Below, piece by piece: positions 61,001 through 64,000 of a DNA stretch of 64,000 nucleotides. The notes under the pieces are model-generated. The model saw only the letters and a list, made by a program, of their open reading frames with translations, made no database searches and was not told the origin of the DNA. Each line of letters opens with the position of its first letter. Position 1 is the stretch's first letter. Source of the stretch: a virus; the IMG/VR virus record IMGVR_UViG_3300034683_000142, positions 1 through 64,000 of that record. One strand, written 5' to 3'. Made by a program: the position numbers and the translations under genes.

Positions 61001-64000
61001 GAATAATGGTAGAACTGATTTATGAACTAATCTAAGTTCATATTCTACAGTAGATCAGTTAAATGCATTAATGCAACTTCCTATGCCTAGTGGAAAGATT
61101 ATAAATATTATTGAAGGTAATGGAGACCCAAATTTAGAAATTCTATATAATCAAATAGCAAATAGTTTAGCTAATGTATCATATGAATATGAATTACCAA
61201 CTGAAACTATTCTATTATTTAATAAATTTATAAGAGCTTTACCAACTACTAATCTAGATGTATTACCTATAAATATAAGTCAAGAAAATCCTAATTTATC
61301 TTTTAATGAGTTTGAGAGATTGTTAAATAAGCATACTACATATACTGATTATAGTACAAGTCCATATAGTGTTAAGAATTCTATTGTTCAAAAAATAAAT
61401 AAAGTTATTTCTTCTGCTAGTAATCAAATTAATGCTAATACACCTGTTGATGTACAACCATTACATGATGCTATCAGAAATGTTCAAAATAAAAGAAATG
61501 GACAAACTCAACCTAAAAACGTAAGTAGTTCTAATAATATAAATAGTTCTAATAATAATGAAATAGGTAATCCTAATATAGTTTTTCGCACGTCTTCATT
61601 CAGTGATTATAAAGACAGAACTTATGAAAATGCTTCAGCAGATGCAACTATAGCATTAGCTACAGATTTTAATAGTTTTGGTGAATTAGCTACTAAAGTA
61701 GCTGTTTTAGGACAAAATAAAAAATATATACCTATTGATGCTAACAACTTAAATGTAACGCCAGAAAGAGTTGATAAGATAGTTAATGAACTAAATAACC
61801 TATCTAATCCTACTCCTATTTTAAATTATTCTAAATTAGAAGAAAAGTTACAACTATCTACAAAAGAAAAACCAATTATTGTTTATGTTGATGGTAGTGA
61901 TATTAAAGGAACTGGTGCTATTGGATTTGGAGTAAATACCACTTATGATAATAAAGAGTATTCTATATCTGGCTCATTTGATACAAATAACTTATCAAGT
62001 TTAGAAAAAGATTTAGGTATTAAATTAAAAAATAAGCCTTCCAATGCTGTAATGGAGTTTTATGGATCTTTAGTAGCATTGAGAAATACTCCAGAAAATG
62101 AATATATTGTTATTAGACAAGATTTAGAAGGTGTACAGCTTTGAATTTTATCAGGATTAATGGAGAGATTTTCTAATCAAAATCTAGATACAAAAAGCAA
62201 GTATGATTCTTGGTATAAATCTTTAACTGAAGAACAAAAGCAAGATTACTATAATAAAGTACAAAATATAATAGGTCTAGATAAAAATTTAATTTCTAAA
62301 TTTGATTGGGACGGTAGAAAAGGATTTTATGCTGAAGATATGACTGTTAGAGCAATTCAGCAAAAGATAATAGATATTATATTAAACAGAAAAGGAAAAG
62401 TAAAATATCAATGAGTTAGGGGACATTCTGGTGAAGCTGGTAATGAAAAAGTAGATGCTATTGCAAAAGAAAGACGTAACTATAATACATATAAAGATTT
62501 ATTTAATAAATCCGCAGGTAAAGAAAAAAATACTGAAAATAATTTTAATTCTGATTTATCTAGTTTAGAGAAGAATGCTAAAAAAGAGATATCTCTTAAT
62601 ATAGCAGGCAATGGTATTTATACTATGAAAGGTAAATATACTCAAGACCAAGTTGATGAATTTACCTATAAATTATTAAAAGCTATTATTGAGTCTCCTA
62701 ATCTTAAATTAAAAATTAATTCTATTAGATCTGGTGGTCAAACTGGATTTGATGAAGCTGGTGCTAAAGCTGGTATAAAATTAGGAATACCTGTTACTGT
62801 CTTAGCTCCCAAAGGTTGGAAATTTAGAGATATAAATGGAAAAGATATTTCTGATGAAAAGAAGTTTAAAGAAAGGTTTAATAATGTATTAAACAAAAAT
62901 AAACAGATAAGTAATCCTATTCTAAGTAAAGAACAAAAAGAAACAGTAAAGACTCCAACTATACAACATATTGCTGATCATGATAGTGACTTAGGAAAAG
63001 ATAAAAAAGGGTATGAGCAATTTAGAATATATGAAAGGATTGATAATCAGGATGGATATAGTTTAGCTTATGGTAAACCTATTAAAATTAAAGGATTTGA
63101 AGAATTTGATTTTTATTTAGCAGAAAATCAAGAAGGAAGACCATGAACTACATATGAAAAAAGAACAGGTAGAATTACAAGTCGTGGAAATACTCAAAAA
63201 GAAGCAATTGAGAGTCTTCAAACTGGATTAAACTCTGTTGGATTGGATAATATGAGGAATATTATATCAAGTCAAAGGTCAGTTTATGAAGAAAATCAGG
63301 TAGAAGAATTTAATACAGAAGAAGTAGAAAATATATCAGATGAAGATAATTTAAATTCTCATGATATGTTATCTTATTATCAACAACAGTATGATGCTTC
63401 CGTAGGTAAAGATAACACTGGTATAGCTGCTAATGGAGTAAAAGGATTGTTTGCTTTAACTGCTTATTATAATAATTTCTTTTTAAATACTTGGGGAAAT
63501 AAAGATCTTACTGATACAGAACTTAGACGTAGTAGTAAACTATTTAAGAAGGATATTAAATTCAAGGATGATTTTGGAAATGATGTAAGGATATTTATAG
63601 GAAGCTTGCCTGATGTACTTATAAATAGAAAACAAGAAGAATCTTTAAAAAGAGTTTTAGGAGATAATTATAGTAGATTATTTCCAAATAGTGCTGTATA
63701 TATGAGTGCATTTGTATCAGCTGCAACAGACAATGCAAAAGAGCTTATTATGGCAAAGGTTAATGCTTCACCAAAATTAGCAGGAATGCACGCTTATATG
63801 ATAGCATTAGGATTTACTCCAGATCAAATTACTGAGTTTATGACTTCTAAAACAGCTTCAAAAATTGTTTTGAGATCTACAGATAATATATATGATGATG
63901 GTATTAGTAATTCTGTTACTAGGGTTATAAAGGAACTAAAAGCTGATCCTACCGTAAATAAAAGTCAGTTATTAGCGTTTGAACAATTATACCTAGATTC
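55032..64000 (+). CDS. Virion-packaged RNA polymerase (two-barrel, crAss type), more than 2989 aa, 3' truncated, with inserted SLOG and RNase H domains
   Basis: Single frame open to the window end. SRIPSQSMQSFM then catalytic GSDFDVDK (60951-60974), later GIAANGVK and SAATDNAKEL. Confidence 0.88.

Noticed and set aside
61500-63350. Intein or intron in the RNAP
   Set aside because: The insert is in frame, with no Cys, no recognisable splice-junction motifs and no homing endonuclease motifs.
1-64000. Mass pseudogenisation or a decayed prophage explaining the fragmented ORFs
   Set aside because: Interruptions are exclusively TGA, frames are preserved, and catalytic motifs are intact.
1-64000. 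TGA as Gly (code 25) or selenocysteine, or a Mollicute chromosome
   Set aside because: TGA aligns with TGG in internal repeats and with conserved Trp positions. Gene content is crAss-like phage, not cellular.

Overview
AT-rich, gene-dense, all plus-strand segment of a crAss-like phage (Crassvirales; likely Bacteroidota host) covering most of the virion and late-gene block. The phage reads TGA as Trp. The supplied ORF track is therefore fragmented, and re-reading with TGA=Trp joins the pieces into about 30 intact genes that all end in TAA or TAG. Gene order: tail fibres and two paralogous tip proteins; GH19 endolysin and a hidden holin; a 1208-aa lamin-tail/purple-acid-phosphatase protein coupled to a 2598-aa LamG/CotH-kinase-like/LRR protein; a membrane protein; the capsid module (scaffold-like, MCP, auxiliary capsid, ring proteins); muzzle/tail-stabilisation genes whose C-terminal piece is displaced by a 4.2-kb tail-spike cassette; a run of ejected cargo proteins; and the giant virion RNA polymerase (DFDVD), which runs off the window. 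Most notable: (1) the virion-type phosphatase/kinase gene pair, (2) an RNase H nested in a permuted SLOG domain nested in the RNAP, (3) only two cysteines in about 8000 cargo codons, facing each other across a gene junction, (4) the split muzzle gene, (5) a recurring basic-GG motif in cargo proteins, (6) a TGA-free capsid island. All family calls come from motif recognition by eye; no database search was run.
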